Shown: in pieces, positions 8,230 to 15,674 of the stretch
How positions within the stretch are numbered: the first letter of the stretch is position 1
How the letters are laid out: every line of letters starts with the position of its first letter
Assembly (NCBI GenBank): GCA_963675055.2
Contig: CAXXJE010000002.1
Span: forward strand, 456,483 to 480,482
Source: Melioribacteraceae bacterium
GTDB taxonomy: Bacteria > Bacteroidota > Ignavibacteria > Ignavibacteriales > Melioribacteraceae
DNA length: 24,000 bases
Direction of reading: 5' to 3'
The notes under the pieces: generated by a model
The model's input: only the letters and a program-made list of their open reading frames with translations
Told to the model about the DNA's origin: nothing
Databases searched by the model: none
Made by a program: the position numbers and the translations under genes

Positions 8230-9591
8230 GCATAAAGTCAAACTTAGTTGAAATTTGAGGCTCCCATTTTTTAAGCTACCTTCTGTTGTTCCAAGTTTAA
8301 CTCTGCCATAATAGCTGATTTTAATAAATATAGTTTATTATAATTGTTAACTCTGCGAAGCCTGATTTCTATTTCCAGCAATGCTGATGCAACCCACCTT
8401 GACTTCATATCTGAGTTTACCCAGTTTTTTACATTCCTTAAATGTTTTGCCAGTAGGGAGTTCATGCTCTCTATCATATTCGTGGTTGTAAACGAACGTC
8501 CCAACTCTTCAACAAGCCCCAGCCTGTGCATTGTCAGAGTTTCTTCCAGTCCCTCTTCCAAAGAATTGGCAGCGCTGCGGTTTATTTTTTTCAATTCATC
8601 CCGGATCTCAAATAGTCTAATTTTCGCTTCTTCATAAAGCGGCTCACTATATGCCCGCTGAAGTTTACCCTTAAATACCGGTTTCTCTTTTTCACTTAAG
8701 TAACTGATAACATTTTCCCGCTTATGCCATTGGCAACGCTGAACAACCACAAACTCGCCGAATACTTCATCTACTGCTTTACGTAAGCCTTTAGAGCCAT
8801 CAAGGAGGGCAAGCAAGCCACCTGTAAAACTAAAACCTCTTTCAATTAGACCTTGGAGTAAGCCTTTAACCGCAGTACTGTTTTCAGTAGTAGTTTGTAC
8901 GAAACCCAACGGTACTTTTACTCCCATGCTTGTGACTCCCAGGGCTATTACAACATTATCCCTTGATAAGTATTTGCCATCTATTACTATTGCCAGGAAC
9001 TCGTAGTTGCTCAAGTCCCGCTTCTCAAATTCTTCCAACGCTTTGCTGCTTTCTTCTTTAAAACGCCGGCTGATACTTGATTGGCTCATCCCGAAACTAT
9101 CGGTTATACTTCGAGTTACTTTTTCATAATCATGCTGGCTTAAACCGAGTATTATCTTTTTCAATACTTCCTCGCCCGGCATATCAATACTATGTAGTTT
9201 CTCATAATACTCCGGTGTTTCTGTTTTACCTGTCAGTTTATTGAACAACCGGGGAACATCTACCTTCACTTTTTCTGAACCGATGCGAATGCTGCCCGGA
9301 TTACTGCTCCATCGAGAGAATTCTCCGCTACGGCTGTATTTTTCTCCTGCTTTTGACCTTATCTCGTCTTCCATTAATTGGTTATAATATAGCTTCATAA
9401 CCTCAACTAAATTACTGAACAGTTCGAATTGAATATCTCTTGGTTGTGACAATAACCATTCAAGGTTTTTCCTTTCAATTTTGCTATCTTGCATCCGAGG
9501 CTCCTTTTTGTTTTTTGTTACTCCAATTTCAAATTACAAATTTTTTGGGAGCCTCTTCTTTTTTTATTTCAACTAGGATTGAATATATATC
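8230..9591 (-). mobile_element. IS256-family insertion sequence (about 1.36 kb)
   Basis: Carries a single Mutator/IS256-type transposase gene. Imperfect terminal inverted repeats: the left end is gcataaagtcaaacttagttgaaat...gaggctccca. The reverse complement of the right end is gatatatattcaatcctagttgaaat...gaggctccca. Flanked by the direct repeat taacttcgg. Ends are accurate to about 1 nt. Confidence 0.85.
8271..9494 (-). CDS. IS256-family (Mutator-type) DDE transposase
   Basis: 407 aa, full length. Family signature LLDGSKGLRKAVDEVFGEFVVVQRCQWHKRENV (DG.KGL ... QRC.vHK.RN). AAGGAG box lies 7 nt upstream of the ATG. Confidence 0.9.
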   Translation of the reverse strand: MQDSKIERKNLEWLLSQPRDIQFELFSNLVEVMKLYYNQLMEDEIRSKAGEKYSRSGEFSRWSSNPGSIRIGSEKVKVDVPRLFNKLTGKTETPEYYEKLHSIDMPGEEVLKKIILGLSQHDYEKVTRSITDSFGMSQSSISRRFKEESSKALEEFEKRDLSNYEFLAIVIDGKYLSRDNVVIALGVTSMGVKVPLGFVQTTTENSTAVKGLLQGLIERGFSFTGGLLALLDGSKGLRKAVDEVFGEFVVVQRCQWHKRENVISYLSEKEKPVFKGKLQRAYSEPLYEEAKIRLFEIRDELKKINRSAANSLEEGLEETLTMHRLGLVEELGRSFTTTNMIESMNSLLAKHLRNVKNWVNSDMKSRWVASALLEIEIRLRRVNNYNKLYLLKSAIMAELNLEQQKVA

Positions 9592-9600
9592 TAACTTCGG
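9592..9600. repeat. Target-site duplication, right copy (taacttcgg)
   Basis: See the left copy. An 8-9 bp duplication is typical of IS256-family elements. Confidence 0.85.
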
Positions 9601-10022
9601 TTCGGTCGAAGGACTTACGATAGAAACAGCATTACTCTCAATACCGGCAGTAATCTTTATGTTATTTCTCACCTCAACGGGTTCAAACTCATTCATTATT
9701 TTTGACACGAACATTACCTTACTGCTTATTGGAGCCGGTATCACTTCCGGATTGCCCTTAATGGTGTTTATTTATGCATCCAGGCAAATTGATCTTTCAC
9801 TTATCGGAATACTTCAGTATGTCTATCCGACAACTTTGTTTTTAATAGGCACGCTGATTTATGATGAACCGGTTAGTATGATCAAACTCACTGGATTTGT
9901 TATCATTTGGATTGCGCTAATTGTGTATACAGCTGAAAACCTATATTTTAACAAGTCTTCAATAAAAACTCGGAAAGAATTAATTACCGCACTCGAGGAA
10001 AACTAATTGGGGAAATAATTAT

Positions 10023-10667
10023 ATGGAATATAAATCCAACAGCAGGAATGTTGTGAAGCGTAATCCGAAGCGCGCTTCCTACGATAAGGAAACAATACAT
10101 GAAATAATAGACGAATCTCTGATCAGTAATATTGCATTTAATGTAGGAGATCAACCGTATATAATCCCAACGATACATGTTCGTAAAGATGAAACAATAT
10201 TTCTTCACGGCGCTTCAACAAGCAGGCTTCTGAATCATATTGAATCGGGCAGCAATATTTGTTTGTCATTTAATCAATTAGACGGGATAGTCCTGGCAAG
10301 ATCGGTTTTTCATCACTCAATGAATTACCGGTCCGCAATTGTATTTGGGAAGGGACGTTCCGCAACAGAACAGGAGCGTTCTGAAATCTTTGAATCCCTT
10401 ACCGAGAAATTAATTCCGGGAAGATGGAACGATGCTCGATTACCGTCAGATAAAGAGATTAAGGCAACTAAAATATCAGCAGTAGAAATCGAGGACGCCT
10501 CAGCAAAAATTCGTTCAGGCGGACCGAACGATGAACCGGACGATTACGACCTTGATGTATGGGCCGGAGTTATCCCGGTTAAACAAATTTTTGATGCACC
10601 AATCCCGGATGAAAAATTGCGTGAAGGTATTGCTATTCCGGATTATTTAGATAAATTCCTGAAGTAA
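10023..10667 (+). CDS. Pyridoxamine-5'-phosphate-oxidase-like FMN-binding protein (COG3467-type)
   Basis: 214 aa. The opening RNPKRASYDKETIHEIIDESLISNIAFNVGDQPYIIPTIHVRKDETIFLHGASTSRLL is typical of this split-barrel flavoprotein family. Confidence 0.7.
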   Translation: MEYKSNSRNVVKRNPKRASYDKETIHEIIDESLISNIAFNVGDQPYIIPTIHVRKDETIFLHGASTSRLLNHIESGSNICLSFNQLDGIVLARSVFHHSMNYRSAIVFGKGRSATEQERSEIFESLTEKLIPGRWNDARLPSDKEIKATKISAVEIEDASAKIRSGGPNDEPDDYDLDVWAGVIPVKQIFDAPIPDEKLREGIAIPDYLDKFLK

Positions 10668-10695
10668 ATAATCCGTAAAGGAAAGGCGCCTAATC

Positions 10696-11463
10696 CTGAA
10701 CAAACCTATTATTATAGCACATCGCGGGGCCTCAAATGATGCACCCGAGAATACCCTGGCATCCATCAACCTTGCATGGGAACAGGGTGCCGACGCGGTT
10801 GAAGTCGATGTCCGATTCAGCAAGGATAAGTATCCGGTTGTAATTCATGATGCAAACATCCGCCGTACTACAGGTAAAAATGGATTAGTGAATTCACTCC
10901 TTTCTCAGGAATTAAAACAACTTGATGCCGGCGGTTGGGAAGGAAGTCAATGGAAGGGAGAACAGATTCCTTTACTATCTGAAGTCATTCCTACTGTTCC
11001 ATCCGGCAGAAAACTTATTATCGAAATCAAGCCGGGCAAAGTATTCATGCCGGAACTTATTCGGGTAGTTAATCAGTCAGGATTGGACCTTAACCAAATT
11101 GAGTTTATAAGTTTCGATCCGCGAATTTGCGCCGCCATAAAAAAGGACTTCCCGACATGCAAAGTTTTACTGCTATCAGAGCTGGACTATACATGGCTTC
11201 ATAGAATATTCAGACCTTCAACGAACAAATTAATTGATATCGTTCTCAATTATAATCTCGATGGATTAAATCTTTGGGCCGGGAATATGATTGATACAGG
11301 TCTAATTCAAAAATGTTATAAGCACAAACTTCTACTTTATACCTGGACAACGAATTCAACCGGGAAGGCTATTGAATTATCTGACATTGGAGTAGACGGG
11401 ATTACTACAGACCGGGTAAAGTCGATTAAAGAATGCTTGGATGCATACTTCCAATTGGCATAG
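10696..11463 (+). CDS. Glycerophosphodiester phosphodiesterase (GDPD family); the 5' end lacks a canonical start codon
   Basis: The ORF track starts at GTG 10888. The same frame stays open back to the stop at 10669-10671 and encodes the catalytic N-terminus (L)NKPIIIAHRGASNDAPENTLASINLAWEQGADAVEVDVRFSKDKYPVVIHD. There is no in-frame ATG, GTG or TTG between 10672 and 10887. The start is placed provisionally at CTG 10696, downstream of aaaggaaagg. Confidence 0.6.
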   Translation: MNKPIIIAHRGASNDAPENTLASINLAWEQGADAVEVDVRFSKDKYPVVIHDANIRRTTGKNGLVNSLLSQELKQLDAGGWEGSQWKGEQIPLLSEVIPTVPSGRKLIIEIKPGKVFMPELIRVVNQSGLDLNQIEFISFDPRICAAIKKDFPTCKVLLLSELDYTWLHRIFRPSTNKLIDIVLNYNLDGLNLWAGNMIDTGLIQKCYKHKLLLYTWTTNSTGKAIELSDIGVDGITTDRVKSIKECLDAYFQLA

Positions 11464-11533
11464 ACATTTATTTCAATTAAATTACCGTATCAATTTTTCT
11501 TCTTTTTCAGGTCTGGCACAGCCGGTATAAATC

Positions 11534-12496
11534 ATGTCAAAAGTTGTAATAGCAATTCACGGATTGGGGAACAAACCTGATAAGGATACACTGGAATACT
11601 GGTGGCTCACCTCAATCAAAGAAGGTCTTAAAGGAATCGGACAGTATATATTTCCAGCCGGATTTGAGATGGTTTATTGGGCTGATATACTATACGAAAA
11701 GCCCCTGGATATTGCGATCAACGATAAAGATAATCCGCTATACCTGGAAGAGAAATACACACCCGCTCCAGTTAATTATAAGCCGTCTCCGCATAGTTTA
11801 AGGAAAAAGGTTTTAGATGTGCTTGAGAAACAAATGGATAAAGTACTTCTTAACGGCGATCATTTTCCCGGTTTCGATCAAATAACGGAGATGATTATTC
11901 ACAAATACTTCCGTGACCTGGAAATATACTATGACAAAACATCTGCCGGCAAAGATACTCCGCGGGACTTGATTAGAAACCGGTTATACAAAGTTCTTCA
12001 AAAATATAAGAAACACGAAATTATGCTTATCGGACATTCGATGGGTTCAATAGTAGCCTACGATGTGCTTAGTATTCTCAAACCGGAAATAAACATCAGC
12101 ACTCTTGTTACTATGGGATCACCGCTCGGTTTGCCAGTTGTAATGAATAAGATATCAGCGGAGTTAGGATTAAAGATAAATGAGACGAATAAACTGACTA
12201 CACCTCCCGGAGTATTAAATAACTGGTTTAATTTCTCGGACCTTGAAGATAAAGTAGCCATGAACTATAATTTAGCAGACGATTACGATCCGAGCCCGAG
12301 AGGTGTATCACCCCGGGATTTCATCGTAAATAATAACTACACAATCAACGAAGTTAACAATCCTCACAAGTCATACGGTTACCTTAGAACTCCCGAATTC
12401 GCAAATGTTCTTTGTAACTTTTTAATGACAAATAAATCCGGCAAGCCCAAATGGCTATATAGCTTATATAATAAAGTTTACAGGCGATTTTTTTAA
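11534..12496 (+). CDS. Alpha/beta-fold serine hydrolase (lipase/esterase-like)
   Basis: 320 aa. Opens VVIAIHGLGNKP and has a nucleophile elbow, LIGHSMGSIVAYDVL (GxSxG). Confidence 0.6.
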   Translation: MSKVVIAIHGLGNKPDKDTLEYWWLTSIKEGLKGIGQYIFPAGFEMVYWADILYEKPLDIAINDKDNPLYLEEKYTPAPVNYKPSPHSLRKKVLDVLEKQMDKVLLNGDHFPGFDQITEMIIHKYFRDLEIYYDKTSAGKDTPRDLIRNRLYKVLQKYKKHEIMLIGHSMGSIVAYDVLSILKPEINISTLVTMGSPLGLPVVMNKISAELGLKINETNKLTTPPGVLNNWFNFSDLEDKVAMNYNLADDYDPSPRGVSPRDFIVNNNYTINEVNNPHKSYGYLRTPEFANVLCNFLMTNKSGKPKWLYSLYNKVYRRFF

Positions 12497-12533
12497 TAAA
12501 CAAATCACATTTGCCACCTCATAAAACGTGAAA

Positions 12534-12564
12534 TTGACAACCACACCATTTGTAACTATTTTTG
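12534..12564 (+). promoter_or_regulatory. Promoter candidate upstream of xth
   Basis: TTGACA at 12534-12539, then 17 nt, then TATTTT at 12557-12562. The latter also reads TAttTTTG (12557-12564), matching the Bacteroidota-type -7 motif TAnnTTTG. It is about 85 nt upstream of the ATG. Confidence 0.3.
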
Positions 12565-12647
12565 CGCATCGTGTATTTACTTGCATACGCAATAACTCAA
12601 ACAACTATTCGAGTATTTAATTCCAGACTTAACAGAAAGGGTAAAAA

Positions 12648-13415
12648 ATGATGAAATTAATTTCATGGAATGTTAACGGGATTAGAGCAATAGCCAAAAA
12701 GGGATTTCACGAGTGGTTCAAATCCGTGAGTCCCGACATACTCTGTCTTCAGGAAACCAAAGCATGGGCGGAGCAGCTTGACGATTCCTTATTAAATATA
12801 GATGGATATACTTCATATTTTTCGGAAGCGTATAAAAAAGGATACAGCGGAGTTGCAGTTTATACAAAACGTGAGCCGTTAAGTGTTAAAAAAGGAATAG
12901 GTATTGAGGAATTTGATCGCGAGGGAAGATTTTTAATTTTGGAATACCCCGAATTCACACTGTTCAATATTTATTACCCGAACGGCAAACGGGATAAAGT
13001 AAGATTGAAATATAAAATGGATTTCTATGCGGCTTTTCGGAAATACGCCAACTACTTAAAGGCAAAAGGAAAAAAGCTTATAATTTGCGGCGATGTTAAT
13101 ACAGCCCATAAGGAAATAGATCTTGCAAGACCGAAAGCGAACAGGAAAGTATCCGGTTTCCTGCCTGAAGAATGCGAATGGATAGACGGTTTCCTGGCAG
13201 ACGGTTATATAGATACCTTAAGAATGTTCAACCAGAATTCCGAAGTCTATACCTGGTGGGACATGATTACCCGCGCCCGCGACAGGAACGTCGGTTGGCG
13301 TATTGACTATTTTTACATCAGCGAGGACCTGATAGAGAATATTAAAAATGCATTTACAATGCCTGATGTTATGGGGTCGGATCATTGCCCTGTAGGTATT
13401 GATATAAAATTTTAA
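12648..13415 (+). CDS. xth: Exodeoxyribonuclease III (AP endonuclease)
   Basis: 255 aa. Has MKLISWNVNGIRA, LCLQETK, GDVNTAH and the C-terminal SDHCPV motif, the canonical ExoIII/EEP signature set. Confidence 0.92.
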   Translation: MMKLISWNVNGIRAIAKKGFHEWFKSVSPDILCLQETKAWAEQLDDSLLNIDGYTSYFSEAYKKGYSGVAVYTKREPLSVKKGIGIEEFDREGRFLILEYPEFTLFNIYYPNGKRDKVRLKYKMDFYAAFRKYANYLKAKGKKLIICGDVNTAHKEIDLARPKANRKVSGFLPEECEWIDGFLADGYIDTLRMFNQNSEVYTWWDMITRARDRNVGWRIDYFYISEDLIENIKNAFTMPDVMGSDHCPVGIDIKF

Positions 13416-13444
13416 ATTGAATTTGCGGGGACAAATAGAAAACA

Positions 13445-13858
13445 ATGAGCGAGAAACAATTTTATTTTGAATCGGAATTTGAAGTGAAATCATACGACAT
13501 AGATGTTGTAGGGCATGTAAATAATATTGTATACATCAGGTGGCTGGAAGATATTCGAATGAATTTCCTCAATAAATTTCTGCCGTACAACGATCTTATG
13601 AATAAAGGCATTTCACCTGTTCTTGTAAACACACAAATTGAATACCTGCAGCCTATAAAAATGTTTGACGAAGTAATTGCTGAATCCTACATCAGCGATG
13701 TAAAAGGCCCTCGTTTGTTCATGGAGTTTGAGTTTTACGTAGGTGAAAGGTTAATGGCAAAAGCAAAGCAGACCGGCATCTTTTTCGATGTACACAAACA
13801 GCGTCCTGTGCGTCCGCCGGAGGAATTCATTAAATTGTGGAAAAACTACGAAAACTAA
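13445..13858 (+). CDS. Acyl-CoA thioesterase, 4HBT/YbgC family (hot-dog fold)
   Basis: 137 aa. FEVKSYDIDVVGHVNNIVYIRWLE is the YbgC-type active-site region. Confidence 0.75.
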   Translation: MSEKQFYFESEFEVKSYDIDVVGHVNNIVYIRWLEDIRMNFLNKFLPYNDLMNKGISPVLVNTQIEYLQPIKMFDEVIAESYISDVKGPRLFMEFEFYVGERLMAKAKQTGIFFDVHKQRPVRPPEEFIKLWKNYEN

Positions 13859-14089
13859 AATACGCACATCAAACTAATTAATTAAATAATTTTCTTAAAT
13901 AATAATTTTAAGATTTCAATTATTGTCAATTTCTTCTTATCTTTTAGAAGACACATTATCCATTCTGAATATTCTACAATTGTCGTTGTGTTATCGGCCA
14001 GATTATTTCTTCAGGGGTACATGGCCGGTTTGAGGATTAAAAATCCTTCTTTCTAAACTGATACCGTTATAGAACAGATACCAAAACAA

Positions 14090-14097
14090 TATTTTTG
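14090..14097 (+). promoter_or_regulatory. Possible -7/-10 promoter box for the reb-like operon
   Basis: tatttttg matches TAnnTTTG. It lies 22 nt upstream of the ATG at 14119, at the end of a 260-bp AT-rich gene-free region. Weak, motif-only call. Confidence 0.25.
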
Positions 14098-14118
14098 TCA
14101 AACCTAATGGAGGTCATT

Positions 14119-14343
14119 ATGGCATATCCAACACCGGTTAATGATCAGATAACCGATTCTGTAACTCAATCGAATGTGCAGGTTCTCGCCAGTTCTCCTG
14201 CAATGGCATTGGGATCGCTGTACCAGGGAATAAGCAATTCTCAGGGACTGGCAACACAAAATGCTTCCTCTAATCAACAAAACATTAGTACAATTTCCTC
14301 GTCGGTTACATCAGCCTGTGTAGATGTTTTGCTTAGCGAGTAA
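14119..14343 (+). CDS. rebB: RebB-family (R-body / killing-trait) small protein, paralog 1
   Basis: 74 aa from the ATG at 14119 (GGAGG 6 nt upstream). The track's TTG at 14095 is unlikely. Sequence: MAYPTPVNDQITDSVTQSNVQVLASSPAMALGSLYQ...LATQNASSNQQN...SVTSACVDVLL. By hand alignment, 46/74 residues are identical to paralog 2. The VNxQITDSVTQ...APA...QNAxxNQQ pattern is the RebB signature as I recall it. Confidence 0.75.
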   Translation: MAYPTPVNDQITDSVTQSNVQVLASSPAMALGSLYQGISNSQGLATQNASSNQQNISTISSSVTSACVDVLLSE

Positions 14344-14380
14344 ATTTCATTTTTAACTAATTATAACAAGGAGAAATATC

Positions 14381-14623
14381 ATGGCATTACCAACCGCAGT
14401 AAACGGACAAATAACTGATTCCGTAACTCAATCGAATGTTGAAGTCCTGGCAAGTGCACCGGCAAAAGCAATGGGTGACTTGTATATGGCAACAAGCAAT
14501 GCTCTTTCACTGGCAGCACAAAATGCAACATCAAACCAGCAGAATGTAAATACACTAACAGAAGCAGTAACAACCAAATGTGTGAAGTTCCTGCTTGGTA
14601 CTGATATAACTAAATCAAAGTAA
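14381..14623 (+). CDS. rebB: RebB-family (R-body) small protein, paralog 2
   Basis: 80 aa with an AAGGAG box. Sequence: MALPTAVNGQITDSVTQSNVEVLASAPAKAMGDLYMATSNALSLAAQNATSNQQNVNTLTEAVTTKCVKFLL. It shares an identical 17-nt block (gtaactcaatcgaatgt) with paralog 1. Confidence 0.78.
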   Translation: MALPTAVNGQITDSVTQSNVEVLASAPAKAMGDLYMATSNALSLAAQNATSNQQNVNTLTEAVTTKCVKFLLGTDITKSK

Positions 14624-14650
14624 AGAGCAATCATTTAAAAAGGAGTTAAT

Positions 14651-14875
14651 ATGGCTTTTCCAACAGCTGTAAACAGTCAGATAACCGACGCAGTAACTCA
14701 GACAAGCGTTGAAGTACTTGCGGACAGTCCTGCGACAGCTGCTGCTATGCTGATGCAGACAATGGCTGAATCATTAGGGTTGGCAATTCAAAACGCAGTT
14801 GCTAATCAGCAGAACATGAATAGTATAAGCTCGGCAGTTACAACAAAATGTGTTGAAACACTGCTAAGCAAATAA
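14651..14875 (+). CDS. rebB: RebB-family (R-body) small protein, paralog 3
   Basis: 74 aa with an AAGGAG box. Sequence: MAFPTAVNSQITDAVTQTSVEVLADSPATAAAMLMQTMAESLGLAIQNAVANQQNMNSISSAVTTKCVETLLSK. Confidence 0.78.
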   Translation: MAFPTAVNSQITDAVTQTSVEVLADSPATAAAMLMQTMAESLGLAIQNAVANQQNMNSISSAVTTKCVETLLSK

Positions 14876-14907
14876 ACTAAACTGAGAAAAAATATTCCGA
14901 GGAAAAT

Positions 14908-15345
14908 ATGCCGGAAAAAACGAGCATTAATGATCAAATTGCCGATTCGGTAGCCAGTCTGCAAAAAATGCTGCTTGAAAACAAAGAGGGTAACATGCAG
15001 GCATTGTCCTATCAGATAATGGCTCATGCAGCGGGACTCGCCATGTTGAATGCAGTAAACCAGCAGCAGCAGATGTACATACTGCAAAACGCCGTTACAA
15101 CAGCGACAGCAAAAGCTGCTCTGGAATCAAAGCCCGAAGAAGCTGTTAGTATTTTAAAAGACCTTATGAATGAAAACGATTTATTACAGACATTTTCAGG
15201 ACTTAAAAGCTTCATGGACGATTTAAATAAAACCTACCAGGATATAATAAACAAGAAACCGGAAAGCTCTGAAGTGAAAAAGAATACAACAGCCTCTTCA
15301 GAATCCCGAAGTAAGCGTAAGACGGGAGGTAAATCCGGGAAATAA
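14908..15345 (+). CDS. Divergent RebB-like protein with a C-terminal extension and Lys/Ser-rich tail, paralog 4
   Basis: 145 aa. The first ~74 aa (MPEKTSINDQIADSVASL...IMAHAAGLAMLNAVNQQQQMYILQNAVTTATAKAAL) align gap-free with paralog 3 at 26/74 identities. They are followed by a ~70-aa extension ending KKPESSEVKKNTTASSESRSKRKTGGKSGK. Confidence 0.65.
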   Translation: MPEKTSINDQIADSVASLQKMLLENKEGNMQALSYQIMAHAAGLAMLNAVNQQQQMYILQNAVTTATAKAALESKPEEAVSILKDLMNENDLLQTFSGLKSFMDDLNKTYQDIINKKPESSEVKKNTTASSESRSKRKTGGKSGK

Positions 15346-15361
15346 ATAAAGGAAGAAAAAA

Positions 15362-15619
15362 ATGACTGTCTCCGGAAATAGTTCAAAGAAAAAAGGCGGT
15401 GCAGCCAGAGGATCACAGAAGAAGATTAAATCTTCAGCCGCAACAAAGCCAAAAGCCGTGAAAGATAAAGAACCGAATACAAAACCAGTAGATTTCAAAG
15501 ATTTGGAAGAACACCGCAAAAATATTCATGCGGCAGCAAAGGAAGCCCAGAACGCTGTAAAAAAAGCTCTGGAAGGTATGTCCGATCTGACAAAATATGA
15601 AGAAAAGTATGAAGAGTAG
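15362..15619 (+). CDS. Small Lys-rich protein of unknown function (disordered basic N-terminus, helical acidic C-terminus)
   Basis: 85 aa, beginning 16 nt after paralog 4, with an AAGGAA box. I recognise no family. Coding status rests on operon position and the spacing of the ribosome-binding site. Confidence 0.5.
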   Translation: MTVSGNSSKKKGGAARGSQKKIKSSAATKPKAVKDKEPNTKPVDFKDLEEHRKNIHAAAKEAQNAVKKALEGMSDLTKYEEKYEE

Positions 15620-15674
15620 ATATTGACTTGCTTGGGCGTCAATAAAATTTGAATTAGACACAAGGAGGTTTAAT

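Larger units (their letters stand above)
7724..10006 (+). pseudogene. rarD: rarD (EamA/DMT-family transporter) interrupted by an IS256-family insertion
   Basis: The 5' part, 7724-8229, reads MNKGVVYALSAYLFWGLHPVYWKLL...WGLYGMLRKKVNFG. The 3' part, 9601-10006, reads SVEGLTIETALL...GILQYVYPTTLFL...IIWIALIVY. Both are in the same reading phase. Removing 8230-9600 (IS plus one duplication copy) restores one 303-codon RarD-like ORF. Confidence 0.85.

Noticed and set aside
8230-9600. ORF-track pieces 8230-8251 (HKVKLS*) and 9440-9600 (MVVTITIQGFSF...) as genuine parts of transporter proteins
   Set aside because: These codons are read-through into, or out of, IS sequence. Only 7724-8229 and 9601-10006 correspond to RarD.
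11514-11519. TGGCAC, resembling a sigma-54 -24 element, upstream of the alpha/beta hydrolase gene
   Set aside because: The expected -12 GC element is absent (gtat in place of TTGC). The box is also only about 15 nt from the ATG, which would place the transcription start inside the coding region.
14060-14082. Direct repeat GATACC-N11-GATACC just upstream of the putative reb promoter box
   Set aside because: Several 6-mer recurrences are expected by chance within a 260-bp region. The 17-bp period does not match helical phasing of typical activator sites. Not reportable without conservation data.
14095-14118. TTG start extending Reb paralog 1 by 8 codons
   Set aside because: The ATG at 14119 has a GGAGG box at ideal spacing and gives the MA(Y/L/F)PT N-terminus shared with paralogs 2 and 3. 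The TTG would place the SD inside the coding sequence.
14119-14875. Roughly 260-270-bp periodic similarity that could be mistaken for a non-coding tandem repeat or CRISPR-like array
   Set aside because: The periodicity comes from protein-coding paralogs: open frames, SD boxes, and conservation strongest at the amino-acid level. There are no short identical direct repeats with unique spacers.
15340-15364. Possibility that Reb paralog 4 and the 85-aa ORF are one gene split by a frameshift at the A-run
   Set aside because: The junction text aaataaataaagg puts stop codons in two frames (15343-15345 and 15347-15349). The downstream ORF also has its own purine-rich box and ATG, so a single-base slip would not fuse them.
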